IMG/VR virus record: IMGVR_UViG_2897375277_000005
Direction: 5' to 3' (one strand)
Source of the DNA: a virus
Lineage: Duplodnaviria > Heunggongvirae > Uroviricota > Caudoviricetes
Length of the DNA: 35,947 bases
Position 1 is the first letter of the stretch, and every line of letters starts with the position of its first letter. Below, piece after piece: positions 9,292-17,786 of the stretch. The position numbers were made by a program, and so were the translations under genes. The notes beneath the pieces were generated by a model, which saw nothing but the letters and a program-made list of their open reading frames with translations, did not search any database and was not told where the DNA came from.

Positions 9292-9354
9292 CACAACATC
9301 AGGGCGCATCCGCCCTGATGACTTTAATCCGGGAACATAAACAAGGGGGACACA

Positions 9355-9690
9355 ATGCAACACATTGACAGAGAAAAAGCGCAGCGACTGATTGAGCGGA
9401 TGGAAGCGCTGGCGAAAGAAGAAAATGTCAACATCCAAAAAATAGCTGAATGTGGCCAGATAGTTCTTCGTCGTGAAAAAGACCTCAAACAACTGATGTC
9501 TGGCGAAACCAGCAAAACATGGACTTCAGGCGAGGAGACGATTTATTGCAGCTTCTGCAATAAATCTCAGTACGAAGTCACAAAGGTGATTGCCGGACCG
9601 TCTGTTTGCATCTGCAATGAGTGCGTGGATTTGTGCAATGAAATTATCAAGGGAGAAGTGACAGACCATGAAGAAAAAACGCATGAATGA
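9355..9690 (+). CDS. small protein with C-terminal ClpX-type C4 zinc-binding domain
   Basis: Residues 64-105 ([39 protein letters not shown]) are near-identical to the ClpX N-terminal zinc-binding domain ([41 protein letters not shown]). N-terminal 60 aa is helical and charged. AGGGGG RBS. Confidence 0.7.
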   Translation: MQHIDREKAQRLIERMEALAKEENVNIQKIAECGQIVLRREKDLKQLMSGETSKTWTSGEETIYCSFCNKSQYEVTKVIAGPSVCICNECVDLCNEIIKGEVTDHEEKTHE

Positions 9691-9750
9691 CGAATTTGAC
9701 GGCTTTTAATTTTATCGGGGTGCACTGTCGCCCCGCACGAGGAAAACACG

Positions 9751-10275
9751 ATGAAAAAATACGAATACATGCTAATGAAAGAAGCACTGCGGGCTGGTCT
9801 GGCTCCCTGTCCTGTATCCGTAGAAGCTGTTGTTGGGAACACGATTTTCCGAACGCTGCGAAATCGCGTATCCGTGAAGATGATTCACCAACCACCCAAA
9901 TCTACCAGCATGATCTATCTGCCGCTGCCCGAGGCTATCAAACTTATGCGTTCGCTGAAATTTGCGATTTGGATGCAGACACAACTCAACAAAGCGGTGC
10001 AAAACACCTTCGTTAAGAAACTGATGCCGGAGCTTGCTGCCAGAAGTGCAAAATGTACCAGACCCGCACTTCAATTTGATCTGTCATTGATTCAACAAGC
10101 TACGGAGGCAGAACTGTACCGCCTGTCACCTCTCCATGATGCTCACACGGAAGCCTCAGAAATGTTCCGGCTCATGTTTCAATTTAATTTTGCCGTTCGA
10201 CGCACACGCATTCAGGTCAATCGCATGATGCAGGCGCAGGAAGAGCTGACGCAACACAAAGGAGGCAACCAGTGA
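9751..10275 (+). CDS. hypothetical protein (174 aa)
   Basis: ORF with GAGGAAA RBS; no recognisable motif. Confidence 0.5.
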   Translation: MKKYEYMLMKEALRAGLAPCPVSVEAVVGNTIFRTLRNRVSVKMIHQPPKSTSMIYLPLPEAIKLMRSLKFAIWMQTQLNKAVQNTFVKKLMPELAARSAKCTRPALQFDLSLIQQATEAELYRLSPLHDAHTEASEMFRLMFQFNFAVRRTRIQVNRMMQAQEELTQHKGGNQ

Positions 10276-10447
10276 GCAAAATTGACTATCAGGCATTACG
10301 CGAGGCGGCACAAAACTATCAATCGACGCTGGCGTGGTATGAGGTTGACGCGGGCTAGTTTTGCCGCAAGGATAATTCGTTTCAGCGGGTGATTTTTTGC
10401 GCTATCATTCCGGCAGTGGTTCACGATTATTGGCAGGAAAGGCAATT

Positions 10448-11041
10448 ATGAGCAGTAAAAAAAATAAAATAACATCTATGGCCGCAGCGCTGGCGGTGGC
10501 TCTCGCCCCTGTTCCTGCCAGTAGCATTGTGCATCATGACTTATCAATCTCCCGGCACAGTACGTCTACGCTATCCCTCCAGGACGTAAAGGATTCTGTG
10601 GCATACCTTCCTATTGATGAGGCCACCAGTTATATGCTTAACCTGGCTGATAGGATGAAGACACACAGGGCAAACCTTCGCATCGAATGGGAAGAAAAGC
10701 AGATCCCTATTATTCTGAAAAATCAGAAAAAAGAGACTCAGGAAGGGTTTGAAAGCCTTTTCCGTCATATTGCGGTATGTGCAAGTTTTGTCGAGGCTGC
10801 AAGGGTTGCGCTGAAAAGCGTACCTGAAAGTAACGCGGAACTGAGAAAAGAGATTGTCGCTTTTGCTCGTTCCGCTGCGACGCTCCGCTATACGATTGAA
10901 GATATTTTATCCTTCATTGAAAGCACGCATGTGCCGAAGAAAACTTCAGATGCTGATCTGGGTGTTACCGCCGATCAGGTTCGCGCACTTATCCGCAGTG
11001 AACATAAAAAGCTGGGCCTTAAAGATCCAACGTTCCATTAA
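10448..11041 (+). CDS. hypothetical protein with N-terminal hydrophobic/signal-like segment (197 aa), upstream partner of the YafO-like toxin
   Basis: AGGAAAGG RBS before ATG 10448. N-terminus MSSKKNKITSMAAALAVALAPVPASS; stop lies 10 bp before the next start. Confidence 0.55.
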   Translation: MSSKKNKITSMAAALAVALAPVPASSIVHHDLSISRHSTSTLSLQDVKDSVAYLPIDEATSYMLNLADRMKTHRANLRIEWEEKQIPIILKNQKKETQEGFESLFRHIAVCASFVEAARVALKSVPESNAELRKEIVAFARSAATLRYTIEDILSFIESTHVPKKTSDADLGVTADQVRALIRSEHKKLGLKDPTFH

Positions 11042-11050
11042 GGCAGGGCC

Positions 11051-11431
11051 ATGATTAAAGTCTCTGTCCACAATGACATAGAACTCCCCGCAGTTGCTCG
11101 TAAATATGCACATGCTTTGCAGTCATGGAAAAACGGCGGATCTTTACCCTCAGTCTTTGGCAACGAAGGGCAGTGGGAAGATAGCGGGCGTCTTCGTGAT
11201 TCTTTTGTTTTTAAGATTCACATTCGTTTACCTGATGAACAGCCGTGGCCTGCAAAGCTACCTGCCGCCTCGCGTAAATCAAACAGTTATCTTGTTTACT
11301 CCCGCCATTTCTTATATCCAGATAAGTATCAGCTAATCAGCATTATGACACCCAATGCGCATGAGTTAGCCCGTACATCCTACATGGCAGAAATTGAGCG
11401 CAGAGCAGAAGAGTTCCAGTCTTCTTTTTGA
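11051..11431 (+). CDS. YafO-family toxin (ribosome-dependent mRNA interferase family)
   Basis: 126 aa. HIRLPDEQPWP...SYLVYSRHFLYPDKYQLISIMTPNAHELARTSYMAEIERRAEEF aligns with remembered E. coli YafO (HIHLANENNPFP...AHLVYCQGAFDEQAWLLIAILKPEPHKLARDNNQMHKIGKMAEAF). Confidence 0.65.
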   Translation: MIKVSVHNDIELPAVARKYAHALQSWKNGGSLPSVFGNEGQWEDSGRLRDSFVFKIHIRLPDEQPWPAKLPAASRKSNSYLVYSRHFLYPDKYQLISIMTPNAHELARTSYMAEIERRAEEFQSSF

Positions 11432-11472
11432 GTTTTGCGACGACTATCTATCAATCCCTTACTAATCTGAAA

Positions 11473-11500
11473 AGCTGCCTTTTGAAGGCGGCTTTTCTTT
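11473..11500 (+). terminator. rho-independent terminator closing the cargo operon
   Basis: Stem AGCTGCC/GGCGGCT (one G-U pair), 7-nt loop, then TTTTCTTT. Confidence 0.5.
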
Positions 11501-11522
11501 CTTCCTGGCCTTCTTTCTCTGT

Positions 11523-11550
11523 TGCACAATAGTGCACAAATTTGCACAAT
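11523..11550. repeat. three helically phased TGCACAA direct repeats in the putative packaging (cos) region
   Basis: TGCACAA at 11523, 11533 and 11544 (10-11 bp spacing), followed by a T7 run. Confidence 0.5.
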
Positions 11551-11923
11551 TTTTTTGAACGACTTTTTACCCTTCCGGCCCGCATGGCGGCTGGATCCGT
11601 CAAGGATCCGTGCGCGCACAAAAAAACGCGCTTTTTCTGCGCGCAGGTGACGGGGGAACAGCCCGCGTTTCAGGGGGTAAATAGCATCCCCTGAACGATG
11701 TCGCAGCAACACAACAGAATGGCTGTATTTCTCACGCTGAGCGTGAAAAAGACGTGAGGGCTTTTGATTTGATGGGGTGGCAGATAAGGCCGTCAAAATC
11801 GCACTGAGGCGGCGAGAACATGCAGTCAGCGCGATGGGATTGCGTAAGAGCCTGACCGTCGATGATGGCAATAAGCTGGAAGACGTCGTGAAATTATCTG
11901 ATTGATACAGGAGCTGGAGAGTC

Positions 11924-11946
11924 GGGGCATAAATTTTTTATGCCCC
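11924..11946 (-). terminator. hairpin terminator downstream of portal gene Q (bidirectional candidate)
   Basis: GGGGCATAAA / TTTATGCCCC perfect 10-bp stem with T-rich loop, 28 bp beyond the Q stop. Confidence 0.45.
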
Positions 11947-11973
11947 GGCGAAGCAGCAGACAAGCGAAGCGCG

Positions 11974-13020
11974 TCAGGATGTGGGCTGGGTGTCCAGCAG
12001 TGCGTAAGGGTTAAAGCGGATCACCTCTTCGCCAAGCCAGTCATTGATGTGCTTCATAGCCTCCATGACGGGCATCAGCTCGTTAATTGCGTAAACCCGC
12101 GCGGCCTTCTCCACATCACCAAACGCACTTTTTTCGCCCGGCATTGCCCCCATCAGTTGCGGCGGAACGCGGTGCGCAGCCAGCACATCATCACGGGATG
12201 CCGCCTTAACATTCATGAACTCATCCTTTGCGGTGATCTGCTGGAACGGCAAAATTTGCACCCCCTCTTTGCCCCCGTTGGGCGCGTGGATGAGCACGTT
12301 TTTAAACGCACCACCACCACGCGCACCCTGTAACGTTTCTTTCAGGGAGTCCATGCTTTCGCGGTTTACCTGCGCTGCACCGATGTAGATGATGCACCCG
12401 GCGTGGGATCCGTTGTCGTAATACAGTTTTCTGAACATGTCCGCCGAATGAGACAGGCTGGCCGAGAGTAATGCGCCAAGATATTCCGGCATGCCGTAAA
12501 TTTCCTGGTTAATGTCCGGATTCATCAGGTGGCACACTTTGCCAGGGCGAAACTGAAACGCGTCCTTGCCATCCTGCACATACCACCATGATTCAAGATC
12601 GCTTCCGCGTCGCATGTATTTCGCCAGTGCGTGCCGTAATTTAAGTGGTTCGCCGAGCATATTGCTCCGAAGCTCAAGGAATGCGTTACCGAACACAAAC
12701 CAGTCCAGCGCCAGCGCCGAGAAATCCTGCCGGGAAAGCAGCGGGTGCGGGATGTAGCAACCGAGCAATACATTGCGCTTAAAGTAAAGCGCAGACTGAT
12801 GCCAGGACGTTTGCCGGGCGGCTCTTGCCAGACCGTACCAGTCCACCGGGGTTTCATACCACCGCCCGTTATCAGCACAGTACATATTGTCCAGCAGGTC
12901 ATGCCCGGTCAGGCGATAAGGACCATCAAATGTGAATGCACTGAGCGATGATTCTTTCCTGAGCGCATCAGCGAGATCAATGCGTGAACTCATGCGCACT
13001 TTTTTATTTTTTCTGCTCAT
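11974..13020 (-). CDS. Q: portal protein (P2 Q family)
   Basis: 348-aa minus-strand ORF, leftward with P and divergent from O-N-M-L as in P2; size matches the P2 portal. Confidence 0.85.
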   Translation of the reverse strand: MSRKNKKVRMSSRIDLADALRKESSLSAFTFDGPYRLTGHDLLDNMYCADNGRWYETPVDWYGLARAARQTSWHQSALYFKRNVLLGCYIPHPLLSRQDFSALALDWFVFGNAFLELRSNMLGEPLKLRHALAKYMRRGSDLESWWYVQDGKDAFQFRPGKVCHLMNPDINQEIYGMPEYLGALLSASLSHSADMFRKLYYDNGSHAGCIIYIGAAQVNRESMDSLKETLQGARGGGAFKNVLIHAPNGGKEGVQILPFQQITAKDEFMNVKAASRDDVLAAHRVPPQLMGAMPGEKSAFGDVEKAARVYAINELMPVMEAMKHINDWLGEEVIRFNPYALLDTQPTS

Positions 13021-14771
13021 CAGAACTCCATAACCGTGAAACGCTCGTTTTCTCCTTCGCCGCCAATTGGTTCGTTAATGACAGCAAGCATGGTTGCCCA
13101 CGCAAGGTCGCCGTGGCTGATCCCCCTCGCGCGGTCCGTTTCGTAAGTGATAAAGCCGCCCGGTGTTTTCACCTTACGCACGGCGTTAAAGGCCGCGACC
13201 AGCTCGCGTTCGGCGCGATCGTATTCCCACCGTCCGGCACGCATTATTTGCAGCATTTTCAGTACCAGCGACCGTTTGGATGACAGCGTGAAGGTGTACG
13301 GAATAGCAGCAGGGAAAAACCGCTTCACTATCTGATAAACAGCCTCCCCGTTCCCGCCCGTCACATCAATGCCGATGTGTTCCACGTTGTAGCGACACGT
13401 GAACTCTTCAATGACTCTGGCCTGTTCTTCAAACTCCAGCCCCTGAACGCGTCGCGTCTCCACCGTTCGAAAACGGCCACCAGGAACAGCCGGAGGAACC
13501 ACCACGGACACAGCGCCGCTGTCGCCGTTGCCACTGCTGCCGTTTGCGTCATACCCAATCCATACCGGACGATTCCCCATCGGGCGGGGAGCAAAAGGTT
13601 TCCAGTCTTTCCAGTCGTCGTATCCGTCAACACCGCAGCCAATCAGGATATTCAGGTTAAATGCCGATTCCCCTTCGCGGACAAACTCACACATATAGAG
13701 ATTGCGGAACTCGTCTTCGGTGTTTTCATCACGAATTTCGTCAATATCGGTGTGTTTCCAGCCGTGATTAACCACATCTTCCAGCGTGACAATTTGCCGC
13801 CACGTCCGGTCAGGGCAGATAAGCCCGTTATGCAGCGTTTTCCAGTCCACAGAAAAACGCTGGCGTTTATGCGTGGCCTTTTTCTCGTTCCAGCGGTCGC
13901 CGTTCCAGTAGGCGTATGCCTCGTGCGTTTCGGTGGATGGCGTGGAGAAGTAGGTGCGCCGCAGTCCGCTGAGGGTTGCCATAGCGCCAGCCACCTTGCG
14001 CAGTTCAGCAAAGCGGCTGACCCAGAAAAATTCATCAAAATAAAAATTGCCCGTGTAGGACTGTGCCGTCGCAGCAGAAGTACCAAGAAAATGCAGCTCT
14101 GCACCGTTGGAGAGGATGATTTTATCGCCCCCTTTCAGCTCCACATCAACTTCAGATGCAGCCTTCTGAATAATGCTTTTAAACTGGAACGCCTGACGAC
14201 GCGACGCAGACAAAAAAATCTGGTTACGCTGGTAAGGTTGTGCCACATCGTCACGCAGTGCCATCAGCAGTGCTTCCTGTGCAAAATACCAGGTCGCCCC
14301 AATCTGTCGGGATTTCAGGATCATCCTGTTACGTATCCCGGCTTCCCTGCAAAGGGTCAGAGAGTCAAACCAGCCCCGCTGATGCCACTCCAGCCTGCTG
14401 ATGATTTTTTCCCGCAGTGCGGCAATCTGTTCCGGCGTGAAATGATTTTTGAGTTTTTTCGCCCGGCTTTTCTTTCCTGTGGCCGTCGCATCCGGCTGGC
14501 CATCATGCAGTTTTTTAAGCTGCCGGGTCAGCAGGTCTATTTCCTTGAAGTCACCACCTGTTTTATTCTGTTTTTCAGTAAGCTGGATGAGGCGCGCATC
14601 GATGGACTGCGTGACACGCTGCACGGGTGGTGTTTCATCCCACTGGTCGCGTTTTTTCCACGCATAAATCGTGTTCGGGTTTATTCCCATCAGACGTGAT
14701 ATTTCTGCGGGCGGATAACCCTGCCAGTAAAGTTGCCGCGCACGCTGGCGCACAAAAGCGTCCTGAATCAT
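13020..14771 (-). CDS. P: terminase large (ATPase) subunit (P2 P family)
   Basis: 583-aa ORF coupled to Q, with an N-terminal HTH-like segment and a central ATPase region. Confidence 0.85.
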   Translation of the reverse strand: MIQDAFVRQRARQLYWQGYPPAEISRLMGINPNTIYAWKKRDQWDETPPVQRVTQSIDARLIQLTEKQNKTGGDFKEIDLLTRQLKKLHDGQPDATATGKKSRAKKLKNHFTPEQIAALREKIISRLEWHQRGWFDSLTLCREAGIRNRMILKSRQIGATWYFAQEALLMALRDDVAQPYQRNQIFLSASRRQAFQFKSIIQKAASEVDVELKGGDKIILSNGAELHFLGTSAATAQSYTGNFYFDEFFWVSRFAELRKVAGAMATLSGLRRTYFSTPSTETHEAYAYWNGDRWNEKKATHKRQRFSVDWKTLHNGLICPDRTWRQIVTLEDVVNHGWKHTDIDEIRDENTEDEFRNLYMCEFVREGESAFNLNILIGCGVDGYDDWKDWKPFAPRPMGNRPVWIGYDANGSSGNGDSGAVSVVVPPAVPGGRFRTVETRRVQGLEFEEQARVIEEFTCRYNVEHIGIDVTGGNGEAVYQIVKRFFPAAIPYTFTLSSKRSLVLKMLQIMRAGRWEYDRAERELVAAFNAVRKVKTPGGFITYETDRARGISHGDLAWATMLAVINEPIGGEGENERFTVMEF

Positions 14772-14925
14772 TGCTCCCCCTGAGTAATTACAGGAAGATT
14801 ACCCGCGCGCGAAACCGTTCTCCTTAACCCCCTGTTCTGGCCGTTTTCTTACAACAAAAGCCCTTTGTATCAGCCTGTTACGCTTTGCCATCATGACTGA
14901 AGAACCAGTCAGAGGGGCAAAAACT
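14772..14925. promoter_or_regulatory. divergent late promoter region (P-Q leftward, O-N-M-L rightward), positional
   Basis: Gap between divergent P and O. Contains TGT...ACA-type half-sites (TGTTCTGGCCGTTTTCTTACAACA) reminiscent of Ogr/Delta-dependent late promoters, but spacing does not match the remembered consensus. Confidence 0.35.
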
Positions 14926-15762
14926 ATGACTAATGAAAAAAAGACATCCCGCAAAAAGTTTCGCGTGGCTGTCTCCGGTGTGACGGCAGACGGGCGCGAA
15001 ATCAACGGCGACATGCTGAAAGCTGCCGCCACCAGTTATAACCCGTCCGTTTATGGTGCACGTGTGAATATTGAGCACATCCTGTCACCACTCCCCGGCA
15101 GCGAGTTTTCCGCTATGGGCGATGTTGTGGGGTTGAGCACCGAAGACATAACCGATGGCCCGCTGGCAGGCCGCACGGCACTGTATGCCGAAATTGAGCC
15201 GACCGCTCGCATGATGTCCCTGCTTAACGATGGTAAAAAAATTTACTCCAGTATTGAGCTGGAACCACAGTCAACCATCACGGGAGGCCCTTACCTGCGC
15301 GGGCTGGCAATGACCGACACCCCCGCCAGCCTGGGCACGGAACGTCTGGCCTTTGCGGCACAACAACGTATGCAACTGATGACATTCAACTGTCAGCAGG
15401 GAGACGTGGCGATGTTTACCGCCGCTATGGAGTCAGAACTTATCGAACTCACCGAACAACGTCAGGAAGAAGGCACCCAGTGGTTTAACCGCGTTATGGG
15501 GATTATTGGCCGTGGCCGCAAAGCGGATGACGCCAGTTTCTCCCGTATTCAGGAAGCGCTGGAAGGTGTCGCAACATCACAGGCCGACATTATCGACCGT
15601 TTTAATGCACTGGAAACCCGCCATCAGCAGGACAGCCAGAAAATCACTTCGCTGACCACAGAGCTGACAGCACTGAAGGAAAAACTGCGCACGCAGGACG
15701 GCGATCCGCAGAACCGGTTCACCGCAACGGGCGCAGCCTCCGACCAGCTGGCTGACTTCTGA
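14926..15762 (+). CDS. O: capsid scaffolding protein (P2 O family)
   Basis: From the internal ATG, MTNEKKTSRKKFRVAVSGVTADGREINGDML...VNIEHI resembles the P2 gpO N-terminus. Confidence 0.8.
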   Translation: MTNEKKTSRKKFRVAVSGVTADGREINGDMLKAAATSYNPSVYGARVNIEHILSPLPGSEFSAMGDVVGLSTEDITDGPLAGRTALYAEIEPTARMMSLLNDGKKIYSSIELEPQSTITGGPYLRGLAMTDTPASLGTERLAFAAQQRMQLMTFNCQQGDVAMFTAAMESELIELTEQRQEEGTQWFNRVMGIIGRGRKADDASFSRIQEALEGVATSQADIIDRFNALETRHQQDSQKITSLTTELTALKEKLRTQDGDPQNRFTATGAASDQLADF

Positions 15763-15785
15763 TAAGACAAAGGAGCAAATTTTTT

Positions 15786-16838
15786 ATGAATCTGGTGATG
15801 TCAGATAATGCCCGTAACAAGCTGGGCTGCTACATGACGCGACAGGCGTCGATTAACAATATCCCGGTTTCTGGACTGGTATCGCGATTTACCGTGGAAC
15901 CCGCGGTGCAGCAGCGTTTTGAAAACGCCTCAAAGGATAGCACCGAACTTACAAAAAAAATTAACGTGATCGGTGTGACCGACCAGAAAGGCGAAAAAGT
16001 CCTCATGGACACCACCGGGCCGATTGCGCGCACAAATACCAGTTATGACGGCACAGATCGCCGCAACCCGATTAACGCTGTCGACCTGAAGTCCCGTCAG
16101 TACCAGTGTGAGCAGGTGAACTACGACACGTTTATTTCGTATCCGCAGCTTGATGCCTGGGCGGCGCACAATGACTTCCAGACCCGCATCAGCGCACAGA
16201 TTGCCCGACAGGTGGCGCTTGACCGCATCATGATCGGCTTTAACGGCACGTCACACGCGGAAAAATCCAACTTCAGCACCAACAAGCTGCTTCAGGACGT
16301 TAACGTGGGGTGGCTGGAGCACATCAGAACCAATGCCAGCGCGCGCGTAATGAATGACGTGACGCTGACCTCCCGCAACATGGACAACACCGTGGCGCAC
16401 GCGGGTAAGTATGCGAATGCTGATGCACTGGTTCAGGACGCACGCTCATCCCTGCTGGATGAATGGCACAAGGAAGCTGACGACCTCGTGGTGATTATGG
16501 GGCGCAACCTGTTTAACTCGCTGCGTCTGCCCGTGCTGAACAGCATCAGCGGCCAGAATCCCAATGCGGAATTACTCGCCGGGCAGCTCATCCTGTCATC
16601 GCGCACCATTGGCGGGCTGGGTGTGTTCCTTGCGCCGTTCTTCCCGGATGCAACGATGCTGATCACCTCGTTCAACAACCTGTCGATTTACTGGCAGAAA
16701 GGTTCAATGCGTCGCCTGATGAAAGACGAGCCGGAATACAACCGCATCGCCACCTACCAGTCCATCAATGACGCTTATGTCGTTGAAGACTATGGCAAGT
16801 GCGCGATGGTCACTGGCCTGAAGTTCGCCGACAGCTAA
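15786..16838 (+). CDS. N: major capsid protein (P2 N family)
   Basis: 350 aa, AGGAG RBS. Motifs FTVEP, GFNGT, LQDV.VGWL, YFPDA.MLIT, NLSIY and YVVEDY align with remembered P2 gpN. Confidence 0.88.
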   Translation: MNLVMSDNARNKLGCYMTRQASINNIPVSGLVSRFTVEPAVQQRFENASKDSTELTKKINVIGVTDQKGEKVLMDTTGPIARTNTSYDGTDRRNPINAVDLKSRQYQCEQVNYDTFISYPQLDAWAAHNDFQTRISAQIARQVALDRIMIGFNGTSHAEKSNFSTNKLLQDVNVGWLEHIRTNASARVMNDVTLTSRNMDNTVAHAGKYANADALVQDARSSLLDEWHKEADDLVVIMGRNLFNSLRLPVLNSISGQNPNAELLAGQLILSSRTIGGLGVFLAPFFPDATMLITSFNNLSIYWQKGSMRRLMKDEPEYNRIATYQSINDAYVVEDYGKCAMVTGLKFADS

Positions 16839-16847
16839 TCAACTCAC

Positions 16848-16866
16848 GGCGGGCATCATGCCCGCC
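16848..16866 (+). other. GC-rich hairpin between capsid gene N and terminase gene M (attenuator or mRNA-stability candidate)
   Basis: GGCGGGCAT / ATGCCCGCC inverted repeat 10 bp after the N stop, with no T-run. Confidence 0.35.
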
Positions 16867-16883
16867 TGTAACGGAGAGAAACA

Positions 16884-17684
16884 ATGATTACTCCTGCACA
16901 GCAACACTGGCAGAACGTGATGGCACAGCGCGCAGGCCGGGCGAATGAAGGCGTGGACCACGCCGCGCGTACCGCGCATGAAGAGGTGCTGTATCGTCTG
17001 CGTCTGGCACAGGCCCGGCTTAAGGGCGTACAGGCCAGAAGCGCGAAAGCCGCCATCAAAAAAGAGTTGTTGCCGGATTTTTCCGGCTGGATTGAGGGAA
17101 CGCTGGAGGCTGACGGCGGGCAGCAGGATGAAGTGATTGCCACGCTGATGGTGTGGGCGATTGACTGCGGCGATCTTCCGCTGGCGTTGCGTATTGGTGC
17201 GTATGTGGTCCGTCATAACCTCATTATGCCGGATAACTTTGGCCGTACTGCTGCCACAGTGCTGACCGAAGAAATCTGCAACCCGGTACTGACGCAGGCC
17301 GGGACGGATGCCGACGCGGATTTGTCCGCCTTTATCGAACCACTGGATACCCTCCGGGAGATTGTCACCGACCAGGACATGCCGGACGAAGTGCGCGCCA
17401 AATTATGCAAGGCGTGCGCCTTTGCCCGCCGTGGCCTGAGCGATGCGGACAGCATGGCACTGTCACTGAAGCTGCTGCGCGAAGCAATGCACCTGAACCC
17501 GAACGCAGGTGTGAAACGCGAGATTGCAACCCTTTCCCGCGCCCTGAAAAAAGCCGATTCCGCAGCCGCACCAGAAGACGCCAGCGCACAGCAGGCGCAG
17601 GACGAAAGCAGCAAAAGTAAAAAGACAACGCGGAAGCCTGCAACACGAAAAACCACCGCGACGCAGAAGGCGAAGCGCGGTTAA
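16884..17684 (+). CDS. M: terminase small/endonuclease subunit (P2 M family)
   Basis: 266-aa ORF at the gpM position with a basic Lys/Thr-rich C-terminal tail. Confidence 0.8.
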   Translation: MITPAQQHWQNVMAQRAGRANEGVDHAARTAHEEVLYRLRLAQARLKGVQARSAKAAIKKELLPDFSGWIEGTLEADGGQQDEVIATLMVWAIDCGDLPLALRIGAYVVRHNLIMPDNFGRTAATVLTEEICNPVLTQAGTDADADLSAFIEPLDTLREIVTDQDMPDEVRAKLCKACAFARRGLSDADSMALSLKLLREAMHLNPNAGVKREIATLSRALKKADSAAAPEDASAQQAQDESSKSKKTTRKPATRKTTATQKAKRG

Positions 17685-17786
17685 CGACTGACCCCGTCAG
17701 CGGGCGGCGTGCTCGGTGTTCCGGTTTGACTCCGTGACCGTTTACACCGCGCACCCACCGCCCGATTTTTTTCAGGAGTGAACCCC

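Noticed and set aside
10273-10359. 28-aa GTG-initiated ORF overlapping the stop of the 174-aa gene
   Set aside because: Too short, with a non-ATG start and no RBS or motif. Not reportable as a gene on sequence alone.
11380-11871. 163-aa minus-strand ORF across the putative cos region
   Set aside because: Arg/Lys/Ser-rich low-complexity translation with a non-ATG start, crossing the terminator and repeat elements. More likely non-coding packaging-region DNA.
13377-14699. 440-aa plus-strand ORF antisense to terminase gene P
   Set aside because: It lies entirely within the well-supported minus-strand P gene and has a compositionally biased translation with no motifs. Judged an antisense artefact.
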